Shown here: positions 1-10,533 of the stretch, piece by piece | Layout: each line of letters starts with the position of its first letter | How positions within the stretch are numbered: the first letter of the stretch is position 1 | Assembly (NCBI GenBank): GCA_963921275.4 | Contig: OZ001293.3 | Coordinates: 1,536,001 to 1,600,000, forward strand | DNA length: 64,000 nucleotides | Source: an uncultured Hormoscilla sp. | GTDB taxonomy: Bacteria; Cyanobacteriota; Cyanobacteriia; Cyanobacteriales; Desertifilaceae | Direction: 5' to 3' | The notes under the pieces: model-generated | Told to the model about the DNA's origin: nothing | Database searches by the model: none | Seen by the model: the letters and a program-made list of their open reading frames with translations, nothing else | Position numbers and translations under genes: made by a program

Positions 1-578
1 CCCCTAAGATGATCGGGATTATCTAACACTTCCACTTCGGCATTGGGACGATAAATATAGACCATTCTATTATTTCGGTCAATCAACCAGCCCAAGGACG
101 TACCATTGTCAATATATTCCTGCATTTTCCGTTGCAGAGTTTGCAGTCGGTCACTGGGAGAACGCAACTCTACCACAAAATCAGGGCAAATGGGGGCAAA
201 TTTAATTTGTTGTTCTCGGGTGAGGGAATTCCATTTTTCCAGTCTCATCCAAGCTAAGTCCGAAGATTTAGTCGCCCCGTTGGGTAGGATAAACCCAGTG
301 GAAGAGTCAAACCCGACTCCAGTGCCATCCTGTTTTACCCAAATTGCGAATTGCCCAATTAGATCGAAATTCCGATTTCCAGTTTCCGAACCAGTCGGTG
401 ACATGATAATAATTTCTCCTGATGCTGTGCGTTCGATGCGATAATCGCGGTTGAGTTGACAGAAGTCAAAAAATTGGTCGGCAGTCATTTCAACTACTGG
501 ATAAAATTTTAACACCATTGGTGCTAATTCTGGATAATCTATCTCCTGAACTGGATTCTCTGTTTTGGCGGCTGTCAT
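1..578 (-). CDS. Uma2 family (DUF820) endonuclease, copy 1, 3' end runs off the window
   Basis: Near-identical to 611-1237 with a 659-bp offset; ATG at 578; PICPDFVVELRSPSD motif. Confidence 0.85.
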   Translation of the reverse strand, partial: MTAAKTENPVQEIDYPELAPMVLKFYPVVEMTADQFFDFCQLNRDYRIERTASGEIIIMSPTGSETGNRNFDLIGQFAIWVKQDGTGVGFDSSTGFILPNGATKSSDLAWMRLEKWNSLTREQQIKFAPICPDFVVELRSPSDRLQTLQRKMQEYIDNGTSLGWLIDRNNRMVYIYRPNAEVEVLDNPDHLR

Positions 579-610
579 TTTATGTTACCTCACGATATTT
601 ATTTTGAATT

Positions 611-1237
611 TTACCAGATAGTTGATAAATCCAGGACAAATCCTGGTAAAACGCTTTCCTCCCTAAGACGCGCGGGATGATCTAACACTTCCACTTCCGC
701 ATCGGGACGGTAAATATAGACCCTTCTATTATTTCGGTCAATCAACCAACCCAAGGACACACCATTATCAATATATTCTAGCATTTTCTCTTGTAGGGAT
801 TGCAGTCTGTCACTGGGAGAACGCAACTCTACTACAAAATCAGGGCAAATGGGAGCAAATTTAATTTGTTGTTCTCGGGTGAGGGAATTCCATTTTTCCA
901 GTCTCACCCAAGCGGCATCGGAGGATTTAGTCGTTCCGTTGGGTAGGATAAACCCAGTGGAAGAGTCAAAAGCGATTCCAGTGCCATCTCGGTCTGTCCA
1001 GTTGGCAAGTTGTTGAATAAGCTTAACGTTCCGATTTCCAGTTTCCGAACCAGTTGGTGACATGATAATAATTTCTCCTGATGCTGTGCGTTCGATGCGA
1101 TAATCGCGGTTGAGTTGACAGAAGTCAAAAAATTGGTCGGCAGTCATTTCTACTACTGGATGAAATTTTAACACCATTGGTGCTAATTCTGGATAATCTA
1201 TCTCCTGAACTGGATTCTCTATTTTGGCGGCTGTCAT
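611..1237 (-). CDS. Uma2 family (DUF820) endonuclease, copy 2
   Basis: FDSSTGF, PDFVVELRSPSD and LGWLID motifs. Confidence 0.9.
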   Translation of the reverse strand: MTAAKIENPVQEIDYPELAPMVLKFHPVVEMTADQFFDFCQLNRDYRIERTASGEIIIMSPTGSETGNRNVKLIQQLANWTDRDGTGIAFDSSTGFILPNGTTKSSDAAWVRLEKWNSLTREQQIKFAPICPDFVVELRSPSDRLQSLQEKMLEYIDNGVSLGWLIDRNNRRVYIYRPDAEVEVLDHPARLREESVLPGFVLDLSTIW

Positions 1238-1269
1238 TTTATGTTACCTCACGATATTTATTTTGAATT

Positions 1270-1896
1270 TTACCAGATAGTTGATAAATCCAGGACAAAT
1301 CCTGGTAAAACGCTTTCCCCCCTAAGACGCGCGGGATGATCTAACACTTCCACTTCCGCATCGGGACGGTAAATATAGACCCTTCTATTATTTCGGTCAA
1401 TCAACCAACCCAAGGACACACCATTATCAATATATTCTAGCATTTTCTCTTGTAGGGATTGCAGTCTGTCACTGGGAGAACGCAACTCTACCACAAAATC
1501 AGGGCAAATGGGGGCAAATTTAATTTGTTGTTCTCGGGTGAGGGAATTCCATTTTTCCAGTCTCACCCAAGCGATGTCCGAGGATTTAGTCGCCCCGTTG
1601 GGTAGGATAAACCCAGTCGAAGAGTCAAACCCGACTCCAGTGCGATCCTGTTTTACCCAAATGCCGAATTGCACAGTTAGATCGAAATTCCGATTTCCAG
1701 TTTCCGAACCAGTTGGGGACATGATAATAATTTCTCCTGATGCCGTGCGTTCGATGCGGTAGTCGCGGTTCAGTTGACAGAATTCAAAAAATTGGTCCGC
1801 AGTCATTTCCACTACTGGATGAAATTTTAACACCATTGGTGCCACTTCGGGATAATCTATCTCCCTTTCTATGTTTTCGGTTTTTGCCGCTATCAT
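1270..1896 (-). CDS. Uma2 family (DUF820) endonuclease, copy 3
   Basis: Same motifs; tandem paralog. Confidence 0.9.
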   Translation of the reverse strand: MIAAKTENIEREIDYPEVAPMVLKFHPVVEMTADQFFEFCQLNRDYRIERTASGEIIIMSPTGSETGNRNFDLTVQFGIWVKQDRTGVGFDSSTGFILPNGATKSSDIAWVRLEKWNSLTREQQIKFAPICPDFVVELRSPSDRLQSLQEKMLEYIDNGVSLGWLIDRNNRRVYIYRPDAEVEVLDHPARLRGESVLPGFVLDLSTIW

Positions 1897-2201
1897 TGTT
1901 GTCGATCCTGCTATTATAGTTATGGTCTACTTCTAAGATGATAACTTAATGGGGGCTAGGCTGCAATTATTAAGGCGATCGCGGCTTTGGTGCCAGTCCG
2001 GGATACAAAACAGACAAGCAGTCGCTCTTGAAGACGAGCAGATGAGTAGATTTATGCGTAAAATGAGATGATGGCGCTGGATCTGGATTAGCAAAATCAG
2101 GGTCAATCAGCTTACCGCTAACCTTGAATAACTGCTCGCTGGCAGTAGCGGTTAGTGCAAGATAGAAGAAACACAGAGTCCTTCCCACTTCTGGACAAAA
2201 C

Positions 2202-4071
2202 GTGATGGCCATCAACACCAGACAGCAAACAGTTATCATCGGTACTAACCTCTATCCTTACTTGGAGTGCAACTATCTCGGGCAGAAATTACGCCTGGAT
2301 CTCACAAAAGATGAGCAGATCTTAGGGCGGGACGCCCAGCAGGCAGACTTGGTAGTGGATAATAGCTGGCGGGTAGTGAGTCGTTGTCAGGCGGTCCTGC
2401 GCCGCTGCGGCTCGGAATATCAGATATACGATGGTAATGGGTAAACAGCCTAGCACAAACGGCTTGTTTCTCGATCGCACTCGTATTACCCCATCCCAAG
2501 GTATCATTCTGAACAATGGCATGGAATTGCGGCCAAGACCCCCAGAACCAGGTGCGCCTCACCTATTTTAACCCCTCTAGCGGACTGATCGCTAGCCCGA
2601 TCGCTCAACATAGCATTTCCCTGAAAAACGGACAATGCGAACTGGGTCGCAACCCCAGCGCTACTTTGCAACTAGATTCTCCGGTAGTTTCCTGGCGTCA
2701 CGCCATGATCTTGATGTCGGTGAGGTGGTGGACAAAACCCTGGAAGAAATTGAAATGAGCGATCGCCAGGACGTGTTAGTCAGTCAACTGAGTGGCGGTC
2801 AGCGCAAACGGGTGAGTATTGGAGTGGAACTGCTGCTGTTTTTCCTGGACGAACCGACTTCTGGTCTGGACCCGGGGTTGGATAAAAAGATGATGCAGTT
2901 GCTGCGCAAGTTGGCCGACCAGGGACGTACCGTTATCCTGGTCACCCATGCTACCGCCAATATCACGCAATGCGATCGCATCGTCTTTTTAGGACGTGGG
3001 GGACGTCTCTGTTACTTCGGACCTCCCCAGGAGGCGAGTAAATTCTTTACCCTGACCTCTGGTGAAGACTTCGCCGACATCTATATCAAACTAGAACAAG
3101 GGGAAGATATTATCCAGCAATGGGCTAGTCAATTTCAGAGTTCGGACTACTACCAAGATTATATCATCAATCATCTGAGTGCGGGCCACCAGCCCCAGTC
3201 GGTGGTAACATCTCCTCAACAGGTTAAACCTTCTTTCTTTTGGCAATTATCTCTGCTGAGTCAACGCTACTTGCGACTCCTCTGGCGCGACCCCGTTAAT
3301 CTGGGATTATCCCTGTTTACCGCCTCTATTGGCATCAGTCTAATTACTCTCGCAATTGATAAAGAACCTTTAGTTCTCCCCGATACACCTGATTCTACCC
3401 TGGCCCCTTTAGCCTTGCGAGTATTATTTGTCTTTACCTGTGCTGCTATTTGGGTAGGACTCTCCAGTTCCTTGCAAGAAATTGTTAAAGAATCAGCAAT
3501 TTACCTGCGCGAACGGTTGGTGAACCTAGGATTATTTGCCTATCTGGGTTCAAAACTGTTAATTCTTTCGGGGTTAGCGCTGTTGCAAACTCTGTTAATC
3601 TGTGCAGTAATTCTAGTTGGATTCAAATCGCCCTCGCCGGAATTGATCCCCTGGTTTCTGGGGTTGGGTATCACTACCTTCGGGACATTATTAACTAGCA
3701 TGAGTCTGGGTTTGACGATCTCGGCCCTGGCCAAAAATGGCACTCAGGCCAATAGCACTTTACCCCTGCTGTTAATCCCTCAGATTATTTTCTCCGGGGT
3801 TTTGTTTAAGATGGAAGGTCTTGCTAGTAAGATCTCTTGGTTGATGCTGAGTCGTTGGTCGATCGGGGCCTATGGGGCCTTAGTAGATGTGAATGGAATG
3901 GTACCCAAGGGATTTGATGGCGAACCTCTGCCCTACCTGCCCTTCCAGGGAAGCCATGTTTATGCTGCCACTTGGGGTAATCTGGGCTTAAATTGGGAAA
4001 TGTTGTGCCTGCATACCTTAGTTTACCTGGGAGTGACCTGGTTGGTGCAGAAGCGGAAAGATATTTTTTGA
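2202..4071 (+). pseudogene. FHA-domain / ABC transporter ATPase-permease fusion, frameshifted and internally deleted
   Basis: FHA-like pieces (LGRD...VSRCQA; LGRNP...VSWRHA) in separate ORFs; LSGGQRKRVSIG and FLDEPTSGLD plus permease helices, but no Walker A. Confidence 0.8.
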
Positions 4072-4258
4072 GTGCGAATGGTGAATTGCGAATGGTGATG
4101 CTATTTGTTGGGCGATCGGGTATAGTGGGAGATGAGACGATCGCGACCTACCGATCGCCGGTCTGCGCTTCATGTAGCAGAAAATACATGGCTCCATAAG
4201 TAAGGAAGAGAGAGAAGATGGCTCTGGAAAATTTTCTGGCAAAAATGTAGAGTTTGAC

Positions 4259-6146
4259 GTGCGATTCGTTCTAGCCTAAGGTGGTCAAACACGGAACGCT
4301 AGTCTAGGAAACTAGAAACTCTAGTACTCATGGGGGTTAGATTCCCGTGCGATGAGTTCCAGCCTAACGTAGTCATATACGGAACGCTGGCCTAGGAAAC
4401 TAGGAACTCTGGTAATCATGGGGGTTTAATTCCCCCTCCCCAGGTACAGGGGTAACCGCGTGAGGTGCTGCGAAGTAACATCATCGTGGTGCCAAGCGAG
4501 GACTCAAATGTAGGATAACTGGCAGCCCAAGCCGGTGACTCTGCTAGGAAAGATGTCCATGGCTAGAACAAGCGAACCTATGTAAACCTCGTTAAACCCA
4601 ACCAGCGAAATAAGGCTTAATGCGCTGGAACAAAAGTTAATGCAGTTAGTGTTAATTAGGGAATTGGCTAACATTGTACCCAAATAACTGCCGGGGAAAA
4701 GTAGGGGCCTAAAGGCATCGTGAAATGATACCAGGGAACGAAGTAACCTCAGCGAGAGGAACGAAGTAACCCCCGTGGTGCTGTCCTCATTTGGACAAGT
4801 CAGATGTGCGTCCGCGTAGCGTGCGCGCAGCGCATAGCGCATGCCCATGAGGGGAGAGATGGCCCGAGAAGCTAATGCCTAGGCGGTGTCTGGAGCATGC
4901 CTTGGTGTCTGGAGCACACCGAGTCCTTCAGGACAAGAGTGTGCGGAAGACGCCAAAGTCCTTCAGGACAAGAGCATGCGGAAGACGCCGGTAATGCCTA
5001 TGGATACGCAGACGCGGGTCGGTGATACTAGTAAACTATTGGTACAAGTAGCTCTAAAATGTCATAAGCCCATTTACAGCGTTAGCGAAAGCGAGTTGAG
5101 GATTGAGGAATATTTAACTGGTAAAACGGAGTGTTAAATGGTGATACTAAAGGTTATCCGGCAGATCCACTCACCAACCAGGAAAGGGGCGGACGTGCAA
5201 GTAGTAAGGGACAATGGGAGTAATCCCTAGTAATCCTACCCGTGAAAGGGGCCTAGTACCCAGTAGCCGTGTGCGGTGAAAGTCGCATGCACGGTTCCGA
5301 AAGGGAGGGTTGTCCCGCGAGGGACAGCTCGACCCCGACTTCTCCCCAGGCGCGGGGGTAACACCGGTTGGAGGTGCTGCGGAGTAACATCGCCGTGGTG
5401 CTAAGCGAGGACTTAAATGTAGGATAGCTGATAGCCTAAATCGGCGACGCCGCGCTTGTTAGATGTCCAAGGTCAGAATAAGCGAATTCATGTAAACCTC
5501 GTTACTACGAACCAGCTCTAAGGCTTAATGCGCTGGCCCAAAAGGGTGAAGTAGTTAGTATTGGTTATGTCAACTGACCAATATCGTGCTCAAAGAACTA
5601 CCGGGGTAGAGTGAAGACCTAAAGACAGCATGAAATGATACTAGGGAACGAAGTAACCTCTCATGAGCTGTCCTCATATGGACAAGTTAGATGTAAAGCG
5701 GAAGCTATGAGGGGAGAGATGGCCCAAGAAGCAAAAGCCTGGGGTAATTCCTATGGATATGCTGACGTGGGTCGGTGATAGATAGAATCTTTGGGTGAAA
5801 GTAGCCTTAATGTTTTAGATCAGGAGAAATCCTAGATAATTAATGTTGGACTAAAGACCTGACCGGGTAAAACTTGGAGAACCTAGTAAATTAGGTAAAT
5901 GTTAGTAAAGAGCGGTTAATATGGGTTGGTACTGTTATCCCCCGCGAACCTTCCGGAGTTAGGCATATATGTAGTCTGAGACTAACCATAAGGGGTGAAA
6001 TTGCATGAAGAAAGGGACAAAGGGAGTAATCCTGAGTAATTCTACCTAGGACAAGGGCTATCTACCCAGTAGCCGTGTGCGGTGAAAGTCGCATGCACGG
6101 TTCCGAAAGGGAGGGTTGGGAGGCGACTCCTAGCTCGACCCCGACT
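4259..6146 (+). mobile_element. ORF-less group II intron (outer member of twintron; 894 nt without the inner intron)
   Basis: Starts GTGCG; D5 AGCCGTGTGCGGTGAAAGTCGCATGCACGGTT near 6071; D6 ends ACCCCGACT; EBS1 GTCAA (5569-5573) pairs with exon TTGAC. Confidence 0.93.
4347..5340 (+). mobile_element. ORF-less group II intron (inner member of twintron; 994 nt)
   Basis: Second GTGCG at 4347; own D5/D6 at about 5265-5340; EBS1 GGGAAT (4659-4664) complements upstream ATTCCC; removal restores ATTCCC|TCTCCCCAGG as in the 48-kb intron. Confidence 0.93.
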
Positions 6147-6557
6147 CCGGATATTGTGGTAAAAGATGGAGACGATCGTCCCATGATGTTTGTCGCTGTC
6201 GTAGCCTCGCAGGTATATAGATCTGAGAAATTGAAAGTTCATTACCTAGAGAATTATCAACAAGTACCTTTTCTGATGTTTGTCAATCTCACACAAGTGA
6301 GAATATATCAATCGGGAAATTATCATCCAGTCATGATATTAAATCCTGGAGAAATTTTTCCAGTTTACGACCCTGACTATCAAAACCATGAGGTTGTTTT
6401 TCAGGATTATTTAGTTGGATTAATGGATGCTTGGTTAAGTGATTTATCTTATCATTGGAAAAGCGAGCATCCTCCTTTTGAAACGCAAGTTAATGAAATC
6501 GGTTTGATTTCTCTGCTAGAAAATGGTTTTCTTGAGAGAATATTGGAGTGGGATTAA

Positions 6558-7160
6558 ATGTCGATATTTTTGTATATTGAAACAAATGGGATCGTGTCTT
6601 TGGCTCAAAAACGAAATCAAGCAATTGAGTCATTGCTGGAAAACTTACCTAATGATGTTCAGTTAATCTTACCCAGCATTTGCTACATGGAAGCGCTATT
6701 TGCTTTTCAACAAGATAAAAAACGGAGAGATATCTTTAAGCAATCTTTGGTTATTGAGATTAATGAAGCAAGACGAAGCAATTTGAACATTTCGCAATTG
6801 TTGATGAATGACTTAGAACAAAGTCAAGTGAAATATAATTTCCTCTCACAACAGTTAAATGATGAATTCATTGAGGCTTTGAGAATTTTGCAATCTCGTC
6901 TGACTTTGATCCATCCTCAACCGGATACGTTAATCAGAACTTTAGTCGCTCCAAATTTGAATAAATCGACAGAAAAGAGAGATGATTTTATTTTGCGGTG
7001 TATTTTAAGACTACGCTCAAAATTATTCGCACCTTAGGAAAACCTTTTTTAGTGAAAATACGAAACAGTTTGGACAGCAACCTGTTCGAGAGGCTTGTCG
7101 AGAAGTTGGCATTACTTATTTTGGGAATATAGAAAATTTGCAAGGTTGGTTGCGATCGTG
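6558..7160 (+). pseudogene. PIN-domain protein, frameshifted near the C-terminus (end approximate)
   Basis: YIETN, ICYMEAL and DDFIL motifs; extra A near 7009 relative to the paralog at 7766. Confidence 0.65.
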
Positions 7161-7303
7161 AGTAGCGTCCCTTGCAACCAATGCTTTACAATATCTAGTA
7201 ACCTTGCCTCCCGATCGCCAGTTCGCCAGGGCAAATGTAGCGTAAGATACATTTGCCAGAGGAAATCATGTATATCAAGTAAGAAGAGAGAGGAGATGAA
7301 TCA

Positions 7304-7765
7304 ATGCTGGACAATTTTATCGCCAAAAATATAGATTTTGACCCGGCGATCGTGGTCAAAGATAAAGACGATCGTCCCATGATGTTTGTCGATGTCAGAT
7401 CTTACCGGACATTTAGCTCTGAAGACTTGACAATCCATCACCTGGAAGATTATCAACAGGTGCTTTTTCTGATGTTTGTCAATCTCAAACAAATCAGAAA
7501 ACAAATCAGAATATATCGGTCTGGTAATTATCAGCCAATAACGATCTTAAAAATAGAAGATATTTTGTCATTTTATGCTTCTAATTATCAAGAATACGAA
7601 GTAATTTTTCAGCATTATTTGGTGAGCTTAGTAGATAGTTGGTTAAGTGACATATCTTATGATTGGAAAAGCCAAAATCATCATTTTGAAACGCAGATTA
7701 ATGAAGTCGGTTTAATTTCTCTGCTAGAAAAAGGTTTTGTTGAGAGAATATGGGAGTGGGATTAA
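7304..7765 (+). CDS. Hypothetical protein, intron-free paralog of the twintron host
   Basis: 153-aa ORF aligning with the spliced 4218-6557 product. Confidence 0.75.
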   Translation: MLDNFIAKNIDFDPAIVVKDKDDRPMMFVDVRSYRTFSSEDLTIHHLEDYQQVLFLMFVNLKQIRKQIRIYRSGNYQPITILKIEDILSFYASNYQEYEVIFQHYLVSLVDSWLSDISYDWKSQNHHFETQINEVGLISLLEKGFVERIWEWD

Positions 7766-8369
7766 ATGTCTGTTTTTTTGTATATTGAAACCAATGGAAT
7801 CATGTCTTTGGCTCAAAAGCGAAATCAAGCAATTGAGTCATTGCTATCAAACTTGCGAGCGGATGTTCAGTTAATCTTACCTAGCATTTGCTACATGGAA
7901 GCGCTATTTGCTTTTCAACAAGATAGAAAACGGAGAGATGAATTCGATCACTCTTTAACTATTGAGATTAATGAGCCGAAGCAATTTGAGCATTTCGCAA
8001 TTGGTGATGAATGGCTTAAAACAAATGGAAGAGAGATATGATTTACTCTCACAACAGTTATATACTGAATTAATTGATGCTTTGAGGGTTTTAGAATCTC
8101 GTTTGACTTTGATACATCCTCAACCTGATACCTTGCGCAGAACTTTGGAGCGTGCCAATTTGAAGAAATTGACAGAAAAGAGAGATGATTTTATTTTGCG
8201 CTGTATTTTAGACCAAGCTCAAAATAATTTTTCCGAAAGGAAAGCCTTTTTTAGTGAAAATACGAAACAGTTTGGACAGCAAACTGTTCGAGAGGCTTGT
8301 GGAGAAGTTGGGATTACTTATTTTGGCAATATAGAAAACTTACAAAGTTGGTTGCAATCTCTTCAGTGA
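7766..8369 (+). pseudogene. PIN-domain protein, frameshifted
   Basis: Split into ORFs 7766-8041 and 7962-8369; about 5 nt missing near 7975 relative to the first copy. Confidence 0.65.
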
Positions 8370-8409
8370 GAATAATGAGATAGGCGATGTCCACCTCATC
8401 AGCAGACCT

Positions 8410-10460
8410 TTAGTCATTGCGGGCATGCTCAAATTCGTACAGATAGAAGAGTCGGCTGAACTTTTGCAGTAGATATCCCACCACTGCTAAGAAGATGGCA
8501 ATTATAGTTGGCCACCAGAAACTAGCCGTGGGCGTAATTGCTAAGATAGAGTCTGATGTTGATATTTCACCCATAGTCGCCAGTATGGCGATCGCCCGGG
8601 CATCCAGCAATAGGCCCAGAACCAGAAATACACCAGCAGCAACATAGCTTAACAGAGCAAGGCGATTAATTTTGTTCAGGGCCTTCTGGCAGACCTGGCA
8701 ATGTTGGGTATGTGTCGTCCAGATATCAAACAACTGCTGCTTGTCCCGTTCCGCTGGCGGCAGGTCCGGGTTACATCCCTCAGCCCAGCCCATTTCACCT
8801 CCCGCTTTCAACTCCAGCCATTTACGGAAGGCAATTACCATCTTATCTTGAGGATTGGGAGTGTAGACTTTTTCCAACCATTTACCTTTTCCCTGCTTGG
8901 CCAGCAGCTTTTCTTGATAGTGGAGAAACACTAGTAGGTTGTCAAGGAATAATTGATGGGTAAAGCCGCTTAAGTTTGATGCGAGCATCTTCGGTGGTAA
9001 ATTGCCAGTCAATTCTGCTATATTGAGCATTTCTGCGCGATTCCCAAGCACTTACTTCTCGTTTCAAGCTCTCCATGTCGGGAATGCGACGGTCTAGACA
9101 CTGACGAGTTAAAACACTCAGTTCAATTTCTGCCATGTTGAGCCAACTACCATGTTTAGGGGTATAATGGATTTCTAACTTATCGAGAATCGGTTTGGCT
9201 TCAGCAGCAGGAAAAGTTGCATATAAAGCAGAGGGACTGTGGATGTTGAGGTTGTCATGAATGACTATAATTCGCTCAGCTAATGGATAGCAGACATCTA
9301 CTAAATATTTCATTTGATGAGAATAATCTTGTTTACTGCGACGCTCGGTAACTTCTACATGTCGCCATCCGCCCAAGGGTTCAGAGAACATGAAGATATT
9401 ACAAACGCCATTTCTTTCATATTCGTAGTCATAGCGTCGGGGTTGACCTGGTAAGGATGGAAGGGGAATTTTGGTTTCACTTACTAACTGCTTACTTGTC
9501 TCGTCAAAACAAACCACTGGATAATTTGGCTCGTAAGGACAAGTATAAAGGCTTAACACATCTTCCATATGGTAAACAAACTCGGCATTTTCTTTAGGTG
9601 GAATTACCCAACAGTCCTGTAACCAAGGCTTTAGTTCATTTTTTTTTAAGGTTTGACGCACGGTTTCATGAGAAATACTCTCGACATACCCTAACTCAAC
9701 CATGCGATCTGCCAACAGCCTCAATGTCCATGAACCTTGGCCTTCGGGAGGTTCTCCACAGGCCAGGGCAATTAAGTGAGCTTCTTGTTCCCCATCTAGT
9801 AAACGAGGTTTGGTACGAGTGGGCGATTGACGGGACAACGCCGCTAATAGACCTTCTTCTACAAAACGCTTAGCTTATCGTTCAATGGTCGAAACGCTGA
9901 TATCTAAAGCTTTATTAATCTCCAAGTCACTCCAACCACTTTGTCTGAGTTATCGGCATCTTCAAGTTCCTGCACCAGGCGCGGCCTTCTCAACTTACTT
10001 TCCCGCTGCCCTTGTATAATCTTCTGGCCAGATCCACAGCAAACCTTGACGTTCCTGGGTGGGATAAACCACTGCACTGGACTGCTGGTTGGCACAATGC
10101 TTCGCTTCAGTCTGCCGATCTTGAGATTGGGGAATTTTGACACATTTTCCCTCACGGTCAAACCGCCAAGCATGGTAGGCACACAACAGAGTCCCATCCG
10201 ACTCAACTCGACCTTCGGACAGAGGTGCAAGTCTGTGGGGACAATAATCTGCAAAGCAACGCCATTTCCCTTCCGCATCTCGCCATAAGACTAAGTCTAA
10301 CCCCAGTAACTGTATGGCATGAGGACGAGACGGGTCGAGGTAGTCTACAACTGCTACTGGATACCACTGTTTTGTCCACTCAAATATATCTGACTCTGCT
10401 GCTGGCAGCAGCTGGTGAAGATTCTCTTTCTTCTCTTCCAGAATGTTCTCCGCAGTTATC
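8410..10460 (-). pseudogene. Rieske 2Fe-2S / pheophorbide a oxygenase family protein, disrupted by IS630 with loss of its central part (start approximate)
   Basis: CPHRLAPLSEG...CAYHAW Rieske motif in 9995-10525; HTQHCQVC PaO C-terminus in 8410-8937. Confidence 0.85.
8934..9940 (-). mobile_element. IS630-family element, 5'-truncated, transposase with an internal stop
   Basis: VVCFDE, DNLNIH and WLNMAEIE motifs; end TTGACAACCTAC next to TA at 8932-8933; upstream frame ...TIER*AKRF. Confidence 0.88.
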
Positions 10461-10533
10461 TTACTCCTTCCTACATTAGTTAAATAGTGGGCGATGCCTA
10501 CATTCTCATGGTGGGCGATGCCCACCCTACGTT

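Larger units (their letters stand above)
4218..6557 (+). pseudogene. Hypothetical protein (paralog of 7304-7765) split by the twintron; exon 1 4218-4258, exon 2 6147-6557
   Basis: Joined exons GAG TTT GAC|CCG GAT ATT GTG match paralog GAT TTT GAC CCG GCG ATC GTG; exon 1 also lacks 1 nt near 4240-4245. Confidence 0.8.

Noticed and set aside
4504..5137. ORFs 4504-4848 and 4886-5137 as intron-encoded proteins
   Set aside because: Short, no RT motifs, overlap ribozyme domains and are not conserved among copies
5339..5339. Canonical AC intron 3' ends (5339, 6145, 20431)
   Set aside because: They break the FHA frame and the paralog/consensus matches, and they lose the EBS3 and gamma covariation
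6075..6146. N-terminus MCGESRMHGSEREG of ORF 6075-6557 (likewise the start of ORF 20393)
   Set aside because: These are translations of intron D5/D6; the true 5' exons lie upstream of the introns
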